From positions 25,978,001 to 26,042,000 of the forward strand of contig OZ024753.1 in NCBI GenBank assembly GCA_964016885.1: a DNA stretch of 64,000 nucleotides, written 5' to 3'. The notes beneath the pieces are model-generated. The model saw only the letters and a list, made by a program, of their open reading frames with translations. It did no database searches and was not told the origin of the DNA. The stretch comes from Eledone cirrhosa (taxonomy: Eukaryota). Shown one piece after another: positions 44,923 to 60,388 of the stretch (the stretch's first letter is position 1; each line of letters begins with the position of its first letter). The position numbers and the translations under genes are program-made.

Positions 44923-45694
44923 ATGCATTAAGCCGGTTGAGTTCTTAGTTTTGGCGTGAATTTCTATGTTCGAATTCAGCTGACCAAAATCACGTGTTAT
45001 GATTCGCGAGAAGTTCCTTCCTCGTATCATTAGAGGCAGAGTGAGAGAACGCCATGAACTACTGGGTAGTTTACCCAGTAGTACGGACTGACTCACACTG
45101 CACCAAAAGTATCGCATACGATTATAGGGTAATCCTGCTGAAAACGTGCAATAGCCCGATTAGGAAAATATCCGCTGCTTTTGCGTGATTGTCTGAACAT
45201 TGCAATGGTAAAACCTGCATTTGTAAAGAAACATTGTATAGAAACGATCGTCCGGGAAACTAATATTTATAACTAATAACACAGCCAACTGTCTACAGTA
45301 AACTAAATATACGGACAGTTGATGGCAGTTGCATTACTGTGAGCTAATGTTAGGTTCTGCTTGATAATATTCCTATGAAAATTGTTAGATTTAATTTTTC
45401 CTTCAAATATATTATTTTCTGCGCCAATAGTAAGCGATGTTTCCTACAACAATACATCAAAATTCTGATATACGAATTGAATATCTTCAGAAGTAATATA
45501 TTTGTATTTCTTTATATTAATACTTCTACTACACAGGAGGAAGAAAATAGTGTTGAATGAAAGAAAACTATTAATTTCACTTTACATTTAGTGTTTATTT
45601 CTTAGGTTGACTGAAATGTAGAGACTCTCATGGAATGACCAAATGATGTTATTTTTCAATATATATCCTGGAAAGCAACAATACAGTTGTAAAT

Positions 45695-45872
45695 AACTGT
45701 TTCTACTTTAGGCACAAGACCAGCAATTACCCAGTTCATTACTGGTACTTTATTTTATCGACCCCGTAAGGATGAAAGGCAAAGTCAACCTCGGCGGGAT
45801 TTGAACTCAGATCGTAAAGGGACGTAACTATGCTGGAAAGCATGGCGTCCGACCCTCTACCGATACTGCCAA
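45695..45872 (-). mobile_element. SINE family A inserted into a mariner-like MITE (45610-45958)
   Basis: SINE body on the minus strand; MITE interior sequence on both sides. Confidence 0.8.
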
Positions 45873-46341
45873 GTAAATAACAATAGTTAAAATTAATGCA
45901 TGTAAGATTTCACAACATTCCTTCGTAGTCAACCAATGAAATTTTAAGCCAACACTCTTATATATATAAATGGAAAAGAATGAAATGAAATTTCATTTCT
46001 CTCTTAGTACGACTGATACTTAAATATAAGTATGTATACGTACATACATATCTGTATACAGACGTACAGTAGTATGTATATATATACATACATGCACACA
46101 ATGTTCGGTAAACCCATACGTACATATATATATATGTGTGCATGTATGTATGGATATACATACTACTGTACGTATGTATACATATATGTATGTATGTATA
46201 CATACTTATATTAGAAAGTGAGGTTTTTTTACAAAATAAAAAAAACGAGGTGTCCTACACGAGTAAAAGTATAAGGAAAAAAGATGAAATCGAAAATGTG
46301 ACTGGAGTCTTTTTTTTTTTAAATATATATGTATTTGGTTC

Positions 46342-46461
46342 CTTTACCGTTTTCGCAGTTCTTCTGCTTTTCAAAAGTAGAATTGAGATGGAGGGTTTGT
46401 GGTTTTAGCCTCCATCTCAACTCTACTTTTGAAAAGCACAGGTACTGCGAAAACGGTAAAG
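46342..46461. ncRNA. inverted pair of slightly decayed U3-A8 hammerhead motifs (46342-46377 minus; 46426-46461 plus) in palindrome 46270-46530
   Basis: CTT-TTGAAAA-GCA(G/C)..CTGC-GAAA-ACGG-TA-AAG. Confidence 0.55.
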
Positions 46462-46523
46462 GAATCAAATAAATATATTTAAAAAAAAAAGACTCCAGTT
46501 GCATTTTCAATTTCTTCTTTTTT

Positions 46524-46559
<36 letters not shown>

Positions 46560-47366
46560 AAATGTGTGTAATCCTTGGTACAGTTAGGTATATTAAGACA
46601 GGGGGGAAGAAAAAATGGCTTCACTTGTGCTTTCAACAAATTTATTTTCTTCACAAAATCCCAAAAGAATTTTTTTCAGGATTAGAAAAATTTTTTTCTT
46701 AAAAAAAATTATTTTATAAATTAAGTTGTTGGTTGTTGGTTAGGTCTTAGGAGTTCTTGGTTAACGTAGGAGGTATTGTTTCGTTTTTAGAACGACCTTT
46801 CATGCTGAGGTGCGCTTGTCAAACTGATGTGTATGTGGTGTGTTGTTCTATATATAGGGATTTAACATGTCTGTGGTGTGGTGGGGGTTTCTTTTCTCCC
46901 CCTTTAATAAGTGTATGGGTGTATGTGTGTTGAAAAAGTGTTAATAGCAGTAATGAGTTGAGACGGTGAGTAGGGTTGGGTGGGGAGAAATGTAGCACGT
47001 GCGGCCTGCCCCGGTCATTCTCGAAAAATTCCTTTATTCAGGGGAAAAAGCTTTTAGTATTCCTTTTGTGTTGAGAATGGTCACAGGCAAATCGCACCTG
47101 TCAAGTTTGTAAATAATAATTTTTTTTTTTTTCTGAAGAATTTAACTACGTCCATACCAAAATTAGTCCTTTGTTCAACACACACATATGTGCGTATATA
47201 CGTACATACACACACGGGCATATGTAGGAATATATAGGCACACACCATCAATCACACACCCATGTACAAATACATCCACATACATACACAAAAACATATA
47301 GAGACACATATAAAAACACACATACACATATGTACACACACGAATATGTACTCATACCACCACATG

Positions 47367-47420
<54 letters not shown>

Positions 47421-47633
47421 CATATACACACATACACATACATACATATACACACATAAAGATACATAACTAAATATACATATATACACATACACGCACA
47501 CATACACACACGCACGTGTATACACACACACACACACACACATATACATATGTCCGTTCACACATACATGCATACACACATACATATATATATATATACA
47601 CATATAGAGAGAGGCATACACACACACACATAC

Positions 47634-47690
<57 letters not shown>

Positions 47691-47779
47691 CATATACATA
47701 TATGTACACATAAATACATACAGACACATACACACATATACACATACATAAACACATACATATATATCTATATATATAT

Positions 47780-47831
<52 letters not shown>

Positions 47832-47898
47832 AAAGAGATGAAATCGAAAATGCAACTGAAGTCTTATTTTTAAAAAAAATATATATATTTATTTGGTT

Positions 47899-47936
47899 CC
47901 TTTACCGGTTTCGCAGTTCTTCTGCTTTTCAAAAGG
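47899..47936 (-). ncRNA. minimal type I hammerhead, U3-A8 variant
   Basis: Minus strand: CCTT-TTGAAAA-GCAG-AAGAA-CTGC-GAAA-CCGG-TA-AAGG. Confidence 0.75.
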
Positions 47937-48008
47937 TGAGTTGAGATGGAGGGTCTGTGGTTTTTCTCACATCTGTGAGAAAAACCACAGACCCTCCATC
48001 TCAACTCA

Positions 48009-48046
48009 CCTTTTGAAAAGCAGAAGAACTGCGAAACCGGTAAAGG
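48009..48046 (+). ncRNA. minimal type I hammerhead, U3-A8 variant
   Basis: CCTT-TTGAAAA-GCAG-AAGAA-CTGC-GAAA-CCGG-TA-AAGG; GUA site after 48042. Confidence 0.75.
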
Positions 48047-48240
48047 AACCAAATAAATATATATATTTTTTTTTAAAATAAGACTTCAGTTGCATTTTCG
48101 ATTTCATCTCTTTTTCTTTATACTTTCACTCGTGTAGGACACCTCGGTTATTTTTCATTTTGTAAAAAAACCTCACTTTCTAATATATATATATATATAT
48201 ATACATACACATACAAGTACATACATACACACATACATAT

Positions 48241-48297
<57 letters not shown>

Positions 48298-48382
48298 CAT
48301 ATATATACACATACACACACATACATACACACATACATATATACATATATATATACGTACACACGAGCACATAAAGACACAT

Positions 48383-48423
<41 letters not shown>

Positions 48424-48730
48424 TATACACATACATCTACATACATACATACATACATATACACATACAGAAACATACACATATGTACACATATATACAT
48501 ATATGCACATACATACACACACATATATATAGGTACATACATATACATACACACACATATAAACATATATATCTATCCATATATATACATATATATATAC
48601 ACATATATATATACAAACATACACATACATACATATACATATACACATATATATATACACACATACACATACATACATATACATATATACACACATACAC
48701 ATACATACATATACATATATATACACACAC

Positions 48731-48771
<41 letters not shown>

Positions 48772-48781
<10 letters not shown>

Positions 48782-49345
48782 TACAAACATACACACATCC
48801 ATACATATATATACACACACACACACACACATACACACACCCACATACATATATACCCACACGTACATACATCCATACATACCTACACACATATATGTGT
48901 GTGTCTCACCGTTCACTCAGATATTCATGTGTATACATAAGAAGAGGGGGGGGTAGTGAAATGGAATTTTACCTCCGAGTGTTAATTCATTTTTTCGTGT
49001 TCAGTAGTGGTTTAAATTTTTCAATGAAGAATTCTTCTTTATATCTGCGGAAATGTTCGTTATCCGATCATATCTTGAAGAAAGAAAAGAATTCTTCATT
49101 GAAAAATTTAAACCACTACTGAACACGAAAAAATGAATTAACACTCGGAGGTAAAATTCCATTTCACTACCCCCCCCCTCTTCTTATGTATACACATGAA
49201 TATCTGAGTGAACGGTGAGACACACACATATATGTGTGTAGGTATGTATGGATGTATGTACGTGTGGGTATATATGTATGTGGGTGTGTGTGTGTGTGTG
49301 TGTATATATATGTATGGATGTGTGTATGTTTGTATGTGTGTGTGT
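48772..49345. repeat. long inverted repeat (~260-bp arms, ~50-bp spacer)
   Basis: ..TCTCACCGTTCACTCAGATATTC..TGAAGAATTCTT / AAGAATTCTTCA..GAATATCTGAGTGAACGGTGAGA.. Confidence 0.9.
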
Positions 49346-49772
49346 ATTTATATATATATATGTATGTGTGTTCTCAACGTTTGTGGAGGTAGTAGTAATA
49401 TGAAATACGTCCCTTCACGCACAAGGCGCCAAGGTACGCATGTATTGTCCAACCAAGTGCCAGTGTGGTTCAATGGCGGGTTAATAAATTAACGAGCCAG
49501 AACAAATATAAACAAGGTTTAGTAAATAATGAAAAAGTTTCAAAATAGATTTTAAAAAATTGACTTTACCTACTATAGTTACCTTTACCGGGTCATTCCG
49601 ACTGCTGCTGGCAACAGCGGTGGCTAGTTTGACCTACCTCCTTTTGCCTCTATCTTTGCTACGGCCCTTGATAAACCTGTTCTACATCATCCACTCTCAT
49701 CCCAGGAACAGTTTTTGATAGCGCTAGTTTGTGATTTAAATTCAGGAATTTTATATTCTTTGAATGAAAAGA

Positions 49773-49856
49773 ACCTTCTGACGAGAATCTCTCTTTGCAA
49801 CGAAGGCCGTATGGTCTCCGTTTTATTTTTGGGATTCGAAACCGATCGGTAAAGGT
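49773..49856 (+). ncRNA. type I hammerhead ribozyme, complete, with extended stem II
   Basis: ACCTT-CTGACGA-GAATCTC..GGGATTC-GAAA-CCGATCGG-TA-AAGGT; predicted cleavage after 49851. Confidence 0.9.
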
Positions 49857-49929
49857 AACTATAGTAGGTAAAGTCAATTTTTTAAAATTTATTTTGAAAC
49901 TTTTTCATTATTTACTAAACCTTGTTTAT

Positions 49930-50192
49930 ATTATATGTATATATATATATGTATATATATATTATATATATGTATATATATATATTATATATATGTATAT
50001 ATATATATTATATATATGTATATATATATATTATATATATGTATATATATATATGTATATATATATATGTATATATATATATGTATATATATATATGTAT
50101 ATATGTATATATATATATGTATATGTATATATGTATATGTATATATATATATGTATATATGTATATATATATATGTATATATATATATGTAT

Positions 50193-50223
<31 letters not shown>

Positions 50224-50358
50224 TATATGTATATTTATATATATATATATATGTATATGTATATATGTATATTTATATATATATATATATGTATATGTAT
50301 ATATGTATATTTATATATATATATATATGTATATGTATATATGTATATTTATATATAT

Positions 50359-50434
<76 letters not shown>

Positions 50435-52820
50435 TTATATATATATATATATGTATATATGTATATATGTATATATATGTATATATGTATATATGTATAT
50501 ATATATATGTATATATGTATATGTATATATATATATGTATGTATATATATTATATATATGTATGTATATATATTATATATATGTATGTATATATATTATA
50601 TATATGTATGTATATATATTATATATATGTATGTATATATATTATATATATGTATGTATATATATTATATATATGTATGTATATATATTATATATATGTA
50701 TGTATATATATTATGTATGTATATATATTATGTATATGTATTATATATATGTATGTATATATATTATATATATGTATGTATATATATTATATATATGTAT
50801 GTATATATATTATATATATGTATGTATATATATTATATATATGTATGTATATATATTATATATATGTATGTACATATATTATATATATGTATGTATATAT
50901 ATTATATATATGTATATATATTATATATATGTATGTATATATATTATATATATGTATGTATATATATTATATATATGTATATATATTATATATATGTATG
51001 TATATATATTATATATATGTATGTATATATATTATATATATGTATGTATATATATTATATATATGTATGTATATATATTATATATATGTATGTATATATA
51101 TTATATATATGTATGTATACATATTATATATATGTATGTATATATATTATATATATGTATGTATATATATTATATGTATGTATACATATTATATGTATGT
51201 ATACATATTATATATATGTATGTATATATATTATATATATGTATGTATATATATTATATATACGTATATATGTATATTATATATATGTATATATGTATAT
51301 TATATATATGTATATATGTATATTATATATATGTATATATATGTATATTATATATATATGTATATGTATATATATGTATATTATATATATATGTATATGT
51401 ATATATATGTATATTATATATATGTATATATATATATATGTATATTATATATATGTATATATATATGTATATTATGTATATATATATATTATATATATAT
51501 ATATATATGTATATGTATATATGTATATATATGTATATGTATATATATATTATATATATGTATATATATATATATTATATATATGTATATATATATATAT
51601 ATTATATATATGTATATATATATATATATTATATATATGTATATATTTATATATATATATACATATATATAAATATATACATATATATAATATATATATA
51701 TATATACATATATATAATATATATATATATATACATATATATAATATATATATACATATACATATATATACATATATACATATACATATATATATACATA
51801 TATATAATATACATATATATATACATATATATAATATACATATATATATATATACATATATATATAATATACATATATATACATATATATAATATACATA
51901 TATACATATATATAATATATATATAAATATACATATATATATTATATATATGTATATTTATATATATATTATATATATAAATATACATATATATATTATA
52001 TATATGTATATTTATATATATATTATATATATGTATATTTATATATATATTATATATATGTATATTTATATATATATTGTATATATGTATATTTATATAT
52101 ATATTATATATATGTATATTTATATATATATTATATATATGTATATTTATATATATATTATATATATGTATATTTATATATATATTATATATATGTATAT
52201 TTATATATATATTATATATATGTATATTTATATATATATTATATATATGTATATTTATATATATATTATATATATGTATATTTATATATATATTATATAT
52301 ATGTATATTTATATATATATTATATATATGTATATTTATATATATATTATATATATGTATATTTATATATATATTATATATATGTATATTTATATATATA
52401 TTATATATATGTATATTTATATATATATTATATATATGTATATTTATATATATATTATATATATGTATATTTATATATATATTATATATATGTATATTTA
52501 TATATATATTATATATATGTATATTTATATATATTATATATATGTATATGTATATATGTATATTATATATATGTATGTATATATATGTATATATATATAT
52601 GTATATTATATATATGTATATGTATATATATGTATATATATATATATATTATATATATGTATATATATGTATATATTTATATATATGTATATATATATAT
52701 ATTATATATATGTATATATATGTATATATTTATATATATGTATATATATGTATATATTTATATATATGTATATATATATATATATTATATATATGTATAT
52801 TTATATATATATTATATATA
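49930..52820. repeat. (TA)n-derived array with higher-order units
   Basis: Directly visible. Confidence 0.97.
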
Positions 52821-53231
52821 CAATATATTTAGAAACACACAGATACATGAATGCATCCGCACCCAACTGTGAGTTAAGGGTGCCAACTTCACCGATGTTG
52901 CTCAATGAATGACTGGGACAGACCAATGTGTGTGTGCGCATGTATCTGTGTGTTTCTAAATATATTGTTAATAACTCCCTCTGGTCGAGCAATCTTTGAG
53001 GTTTGGGGACAGCCGGAAAGCTTCCATTACTCATACTTCTCGCCTTCTTTACCACATCTTCTACGGCCTCGATATAAATACCCCCTCCGCCTCCGTGGTA
53101 TTTTCTTCGGGGTTATAAGAGGCTTAGCTCTGTTTCTCGACCGTTATATCGCGTGACTATCTCCCCCTCCGCCTTTTGGGATTCTTTCTTACGTCGTGTA
53201 GACGCGTTCTTGAGACTAGTAAAATGAGGTA

Positions 53232-53321
53232 TCCTCTTGATAAGTCGGCAGACCTCGCAAGGACTCTATATCTTTATGATATATTGTTTTTGTTTATGCC
53301 ACGAAACTACGTAGTCGAGGA
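53232..53321 (+). ncRNA. type I hammerhead ribozyme, U3-A8 variant (unit 1)
   Basis: TCCTC-TTGATAA-GTCGGCA..TGCCAC-GAAA-CTACGTAG-TC-GAGGA; GUC site after 53316. Confidence 0.85.
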
Positions 53322-53826
53322 ATTTAGGAGCAGTTTAGGTATGATACATTTTATTACTAATTATATCTAAATGTTTCTTCTCTCTTCATAATGTATTTTT
53401 AACTCTGATACTGGTTCAGTCTAGTTCAACTGAATTGGTCTGTCCCAGTCATTCATTGAGCAACATCGGTGAAGTTGGCACCTTTAACTCACAGTTGGGT
53501 GCGGATGCATTCATGTATATATGTGTGTGTCCGCATGTATCTGTGTGTTTCTAAATATATTGTTAATAACTCCCTCTGGTCGAGCAATCTTTGAGGTGTG
53601 GGGACAGCCGGAAAGCTTCCATTACTCATACTTCTCGCCTTCTTCACCACCTCTTCTACGGCCTCGATATAAATACCCCCTCCGCCTCCGTGGTATTTTC
53701 TTCGGGGTTATAAGAGGCTTAGCTCTGTTTCTCGACCGTTATATCGCGTGGCTATCTCCCCCTCCGCCTTTTGGGATTCTTTCTTACGTCGTGTAGACGC
53801 GTTCTTGAGACTAGTAAAATGAGGTA

Positions 53827-53916
53827 TCCTCTTGATAAGTCGGCAGACCTCGCAAGGACTCTATATCTTTATGATATATTGTTTTTGTTTATGCCACGAA
53901 ACTACGTAGTCGAGGA
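53827..53916 (+). ncRNA. type I hammerhead ribozyme, U3-A8 variant (unit 2)
   Basis: Identical motif; site after 53911. Confidence 0.85.
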
Positions 53917-54418
53917 ATTTAGGAGCAGTTTAGGTATGACACATTTTATTACTAATTATATCTAAATGTTTCTTCTCTCTTCATAATGTATTTTTAACTC
54001 TGATACTGGTTCAGTCTAGTTCAACTGAATTGGCTGTCCCAGTCATTCATTGAGCAACATCGGTGAAGTTGGCACCCTTAACTCACAGTTGGGTGCGGAT
54101 GCATTCATGTATATCTGTGTGTCCGCATGTATCTGTGTGTTTCTAAATATATTGTTAATAACTCCCTCTGGTCGAGCAATCTTTGAGGTGTGGGGACAGC
54201 CGGAAAGCTTCCATTACTCATACTTCTCGCCTTCTTCACCACCTCTTCTACGGCCTCGATATAAATACCCCCTCCGCCTCCGTGGTATTTTCTTCGGGGT
54301 TATAAGAGGCTTAGATCTGTTTCTCGACCGTTATATCGCGTGACTATCTCCCCCTCCGCCTTTTGGGATTCTTTCTCACGTCGTGTAGACGCGTTCTTGA
54401 GACTAGTAAAATGAGGTA

Positions 54419-54508
54419 TCCTCTTGATAAGTCGGCAGACCTCGCAAGGACTCTATATCTTTATGATATATTGTTTTTGTTTATGCCACGAAACTACGTA
54501 GTCGAGGA
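54419..54508 (+). ncRNA. type I hammerhead ribozyme, U3-A8 variant (unit 3)
   Basis: Identical motif; site after 54503. Confidence 0.85.
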
Positions 54509-54826
54509 ATTTAGGAGCAGTTTAGGTATGATACATTTTATTACTAATTATATCTAAATGTTTCTTCTCTCTTCATAATGTATTTTTAACTCTGATACTG
54601 GTTCAGTCTAGTTCAACTGAATTGGTCTGTCCCAGTCATTCATTGAGCAACATTGGTGAAGTTGGCATCCTTAACTCACAGTTGGGTGCGGATGCATTCA
54701 TGTATATCTGTGTGTGTCCGCATGTATCTGTGTGTTTCTAAATATATTGTTAATAACTCCCTCTGGTCGAGCAATCTTTGAGGTGTGGGGACAGCCGGAA
54801 AGCTTCCATTACTCATACTTCTCGCC

Positions 54827-55026
54827 NNNNNNNNNNNNNNNNNNNNNNNNNNNNNNNNNNNNNNNNNNNNNNNNNNNNNNNNNNNNNNNNNNNNNNNNNN
54901 NNNNNNNNNNNNNNNNNNNNNNNNNNNNNNNNNNNNNNNNNNNNNNNNNNNNNNNNNNNNNNNNNNNNNNNNNNNNNNNNNNNNNNNNNNNNNNNNNNNN
55001 NNNNNNNNNNNNNNNNNNNNNNNNNN
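54827..55026. other. assembly gap (200 N)
   Basis: Run of N. Confidence 1.
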
Positions 55027-55370
55027 TATATATATATATATATTATATATATATATATGTATATATAGTATTATATATATGTATATATATATATATTATA
55101 TATATGTATATATATATATATTATATATATATGTATATATATATATGTATATATGTATATATATATATATATATAATGTATATATATATATATATACATA
55201 TTATATATATGTATATATATATATGTTACATATGTATATATATATATGTATATATATATATGTACATATGTATATATATATATGTATATATATATATGTA
55301 TATATATATATGTACATATGTATATATATATATGTATATATATATATGTATATATATATATGTATATATG

Positions 55371-55402
<32 letters not shown>

Positions 55403-55425
55403 ATATATATGTATATATATATATG

Positions 55426-55502
<77 letters not shown>

Positions 55503-55535
55503 GTATATATGTATATATATATATGTATATATATG

Positions 55536-55567
<32 letters not shown>

Positions 55568-56125
55568 GTATATATATATATATATATTATATATATGTAT
55601 ATATATATATATTATATATATGTATATATATGTATATATATATGTATGTATGTATATATATATATATGTATGTATATATGTATATATGTATGTATATATT
55701 ATATATGTATATATTATATTATATATATGTATATATGTATATATATATATATTATATATATGTATATATATGTATGTATATATGTTATATATATGTCTGT
55801 ATATATATTATATATATGTATATATAAGTATATTATATATATGTATATATAATATATATTATATATATGTATATATATATGTATGTATATTATATATATA
55901 TTATATATATATATTTATATGTATATATATATGTATATATATATATGTATATATATGTATTATATATATATTATATATATGTATATTTATATATATATTA
56001 TATATATGTATATTTATATATATATTATATATATGTATATTTATATATATATTATATATATGTATATTTATATATATATTTATATATATGTATATTTATA
56101 TATATATTATATATATGTATATATA

Positions 56126-56166
<41 letters not shown>

Positions 56167-56415
56167 GTATATATGTATATATATATATTATATATATTAT
56201 ATGTATATATATATATATTATATATATGTATATATACATATTATATATATATATATATATGTGTATATATATATATGTATATTTATATATATATTATATA
56301 TATGTATATATATGTATATTTATATATATATTATATATATGTATATTTATATATATATTATATATATGTATATATATATATATATTATATATATGTATAT
56401 ATGTATGTATATATG

Positions 56416-56450
<35 letters not shown>

Positions 56451-56468
56451 GTATATATATGTATTATA

Positions 56469-56510
<42 letters not shown>

Positions 56511-56548
56511 TATTTATATATATATATATATATGTATATATATTATAT

Positions 56549-56581
<33 letters not shown>

Positions 56582-56616
56582 TATATATATGTATATTTAT
56601 ATATATATTATATATG

Positions 56617-56654
<38 letters not shown>

Positions 56655-57125
56655 ATATATATATATATATATGTATATATTTATATATATATATATATGT
56701 ATATTTATATATATATTATATATATGTATATTTATATATATATATATATATGTATATTTATATATATTATATATATGTATATTTATATATATATTATATA
56801 TATGTATATTATATATATTATATATATGTATATTTATATATATATTATATATGTATATTTATATATATATGTATATATATATATGTATATATATATTATA
56901 TATATGTATATATATATATGTATATATATATAAGTATATGTATATATATATATGTATATGTATATATATATATGTATATATGTATATATATATATGTATA
57001 TATATATATGTATATGTATATGTATATATGTATATATATATATGTATATATATATATGTATATATGTATATGTATATATATATATGTATATATATATGTA
57101 TATATATATTATATATATGTATATG

Positions 57126-57170
<45 letters not shown>

Positions 57171-57329
57171 GTATATATATATATGTATATATATATTATA
57201 TATATGTATATATATATATTATATATATAGTATATATATGTATATATATATTATATATATGTATATATATATATATTATATATATGTATATATATATATA
57301 TTATATATATGTATATATATGTATATATG

Positions 57330-57371
<42 letters not shown>

Positions 57372-57454
57372 TACATATTATATATGTATATATATATATG
57401 TACATATGTATATATATATATGTATATATATATATGTATATATATGTATATATG

Positions 57455-57486
<32 letters not shown>

Positions 57487-57509
57487 ATATATATGTATAT
57501 ATATATATG

Positions 57510-57540
<31 letters not shown>

Positions 57541-57584
57541 TATATATATGTATATATGTATATATATATGTATATATATATATG

Positions 57585-57615
<31 letters not shown>

Positions 57616-57677
57616 TATATATATGTATATATGTATATATATATATGTATATATGTATATATGTATATATATATATG

Positions 57678-57711
<34 letters not shown>

Positions 57712-58507
57712 TTATATATATGTATATATGTATATATATATATGTATATATATGTATATATATATATATTATATATATGTATATATATATATATATATTA
57801 TATATATGTATATAATATGTATATATATATATATGTATGTATATATATATATATATGTATGTATATATGTATATATGTATGTATATATGTATATATGTAT
57901 ATATATATATATTATATATATGTATATATATGTATGTATATATGTTATATATATGTCTGTATATATATGTATATATATGTATGTATATATGTTATATATA
58001 TGTCTGTATATATATTATATATATGTATATATAAGTATATTATATATATGTATATATAATATATATTATATATATGTATATATATATGTATGTATATTTA
58101 TATATATATTATATATATGTATATTTATATGTATATATATATGTATGTATATTTATATATATATTATATATATGTATATTTATATATATATTATATATAT
58201 GTATATTTATATATATATTATATATATGTATATTTATATATATATTATATATATGTATATATATATATATTATATATATGTATATATATATATATTATAT
58301 ATATGTATATATGTATAAATATATATATTATATATATGTATATGTATATATATATATATTATATATATGTATATATACATATTATATATATATATATTAT
58401 ATATGTGTATATATATATATGTATATTTATATATATATTATATATATGTATATATATATATATATTATATATATGTATATATGTATGTATATATGTATAT
58501 ATATATG

Positions 58508-58542
<35 letters not shown>

Positions 58543-58553
58543 GTATATATATG

Positions 58554-58584
<31 letters not shown>

Positions 58585-58607
58585 GTATATATATATGTAT
58601 ATATATG

Positions 58608-58641
<34 letters not shown>

Positions 58642-58689
58642 TATATACGTATATATATATTATATATATGTATATATATATATATATAG

Positions 58690-58782
<93 letters not shown>

Positions 58783-58792
58783 TATGTATATT

Positions 58793-58845
<53 letters not shown>

Positions 58846-59981
58846 TTATATATATATTATATATATGTATATTTATATATATATTATATATATGTATATT
58901 TATATATATATTATATATATGTATATTTATATATATATTATATATATGTATATTTATATATATATTATATATATGTATATTTATATATATATTATATATA
59001 TGTATATGTATATTTATATATATATTATATATATGTATATATATATTTATATATATGTATATATATATATATTTATATATATATTATATATATGTATATA
59101 TAATATATATTATATATATGTATATATATATATATATTATATATATGTATATATATATATATTTTATATATATGTATATATATATGTATGTATATTTATA
59201 TATATATTATATATATGTATATATATATATTTTATATATATGTTATATTTATATATATATATGTATATATATATTATATATATGTATATATATTATTATA
59301 TATATGTATATGTATGTATATATATATTATATATATATTATGTATATATATATTATGTATATATATATATATATATATATATTATGTATATATATATATG
59401 TATATATATATATTATATATATGTATATATATATATTATATATATGTATATATATATTATACATATGTATATATGTATATAGGTATATATATATATATGT
59501 ATATATATATATGTATATATATATTATATATATGTATATATATATATGTATATATATATATGTATATATATATATGTATATGTATATATATATATGTATA
59601 TGTATATATATATATGTATATATGTATATATATATATGTATATGTATATGTATATGTATATATGTATATATATATATGTATATATATATATGTATATATG
59701 TATATGTATATATATATGTATATATATATATGTATATATATATTTATATATATGTATATGTATATATATATATGTATATGTATATATATATATGTATATA
59801 TATATTATATATATGTATATATATATATGTATATATATATATTATATATATGTATATATATATATTATATATATAGTATATATATGTATATATATATTAT
59901 ATATATGTATATATATATATATTATATATATGTATATATATATATATTATATATATATGTATATATATATATGTATATATG

Positions 59982-60019
<38 letters not shown>

Positions 60020-60193
60020 CATATTATATATATGTATATATATATATGTACATATGTATATATATATATGTATTATATATATATGTACATATGTATATAT
60101 ATATATGTATATATATATATGTATATATATATATGTACATATGTATATATATATATGTATATATATATATGTATATATATATATGTATATATG

Positions 60194-60225
<32 letters not shown>

Positions 60226-60248
60226 ATATATATGTATATATATATATG

Positions 60249-60321
<73 letters not shown>

Positions 60322-60354
60322 TTATATATATGTATATATGTATATATATATATG

Positions 60355-60388
<34 letters not shown>

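Larger units (their letters stand above)
47829..48116. repeat. near-perfect palindrome (centre ~47972)
   Basis: Arms of ~140 bp around CTCACATCTGTGAG. Confidence 0.92.
52821..54826 (+). mobile_element. ~595-bp tandem array (3 full units plus a partial unit running into the gap) with a 5' inverted segment; retrozyme/pLTR-like
   Basis: Units start at ~52939, 53534, 54126 and 54721; 52821-52927 is an inverted copy of the unit junction; one HHR per full unit. Confidence 0.85.

Noticed and set aside
53176-54557. Repeated 64-97 aa ORFs in the 595-bp units
   Set aside because: Recurrence follows from unit identity; non-ATG starts; no recognisable domain
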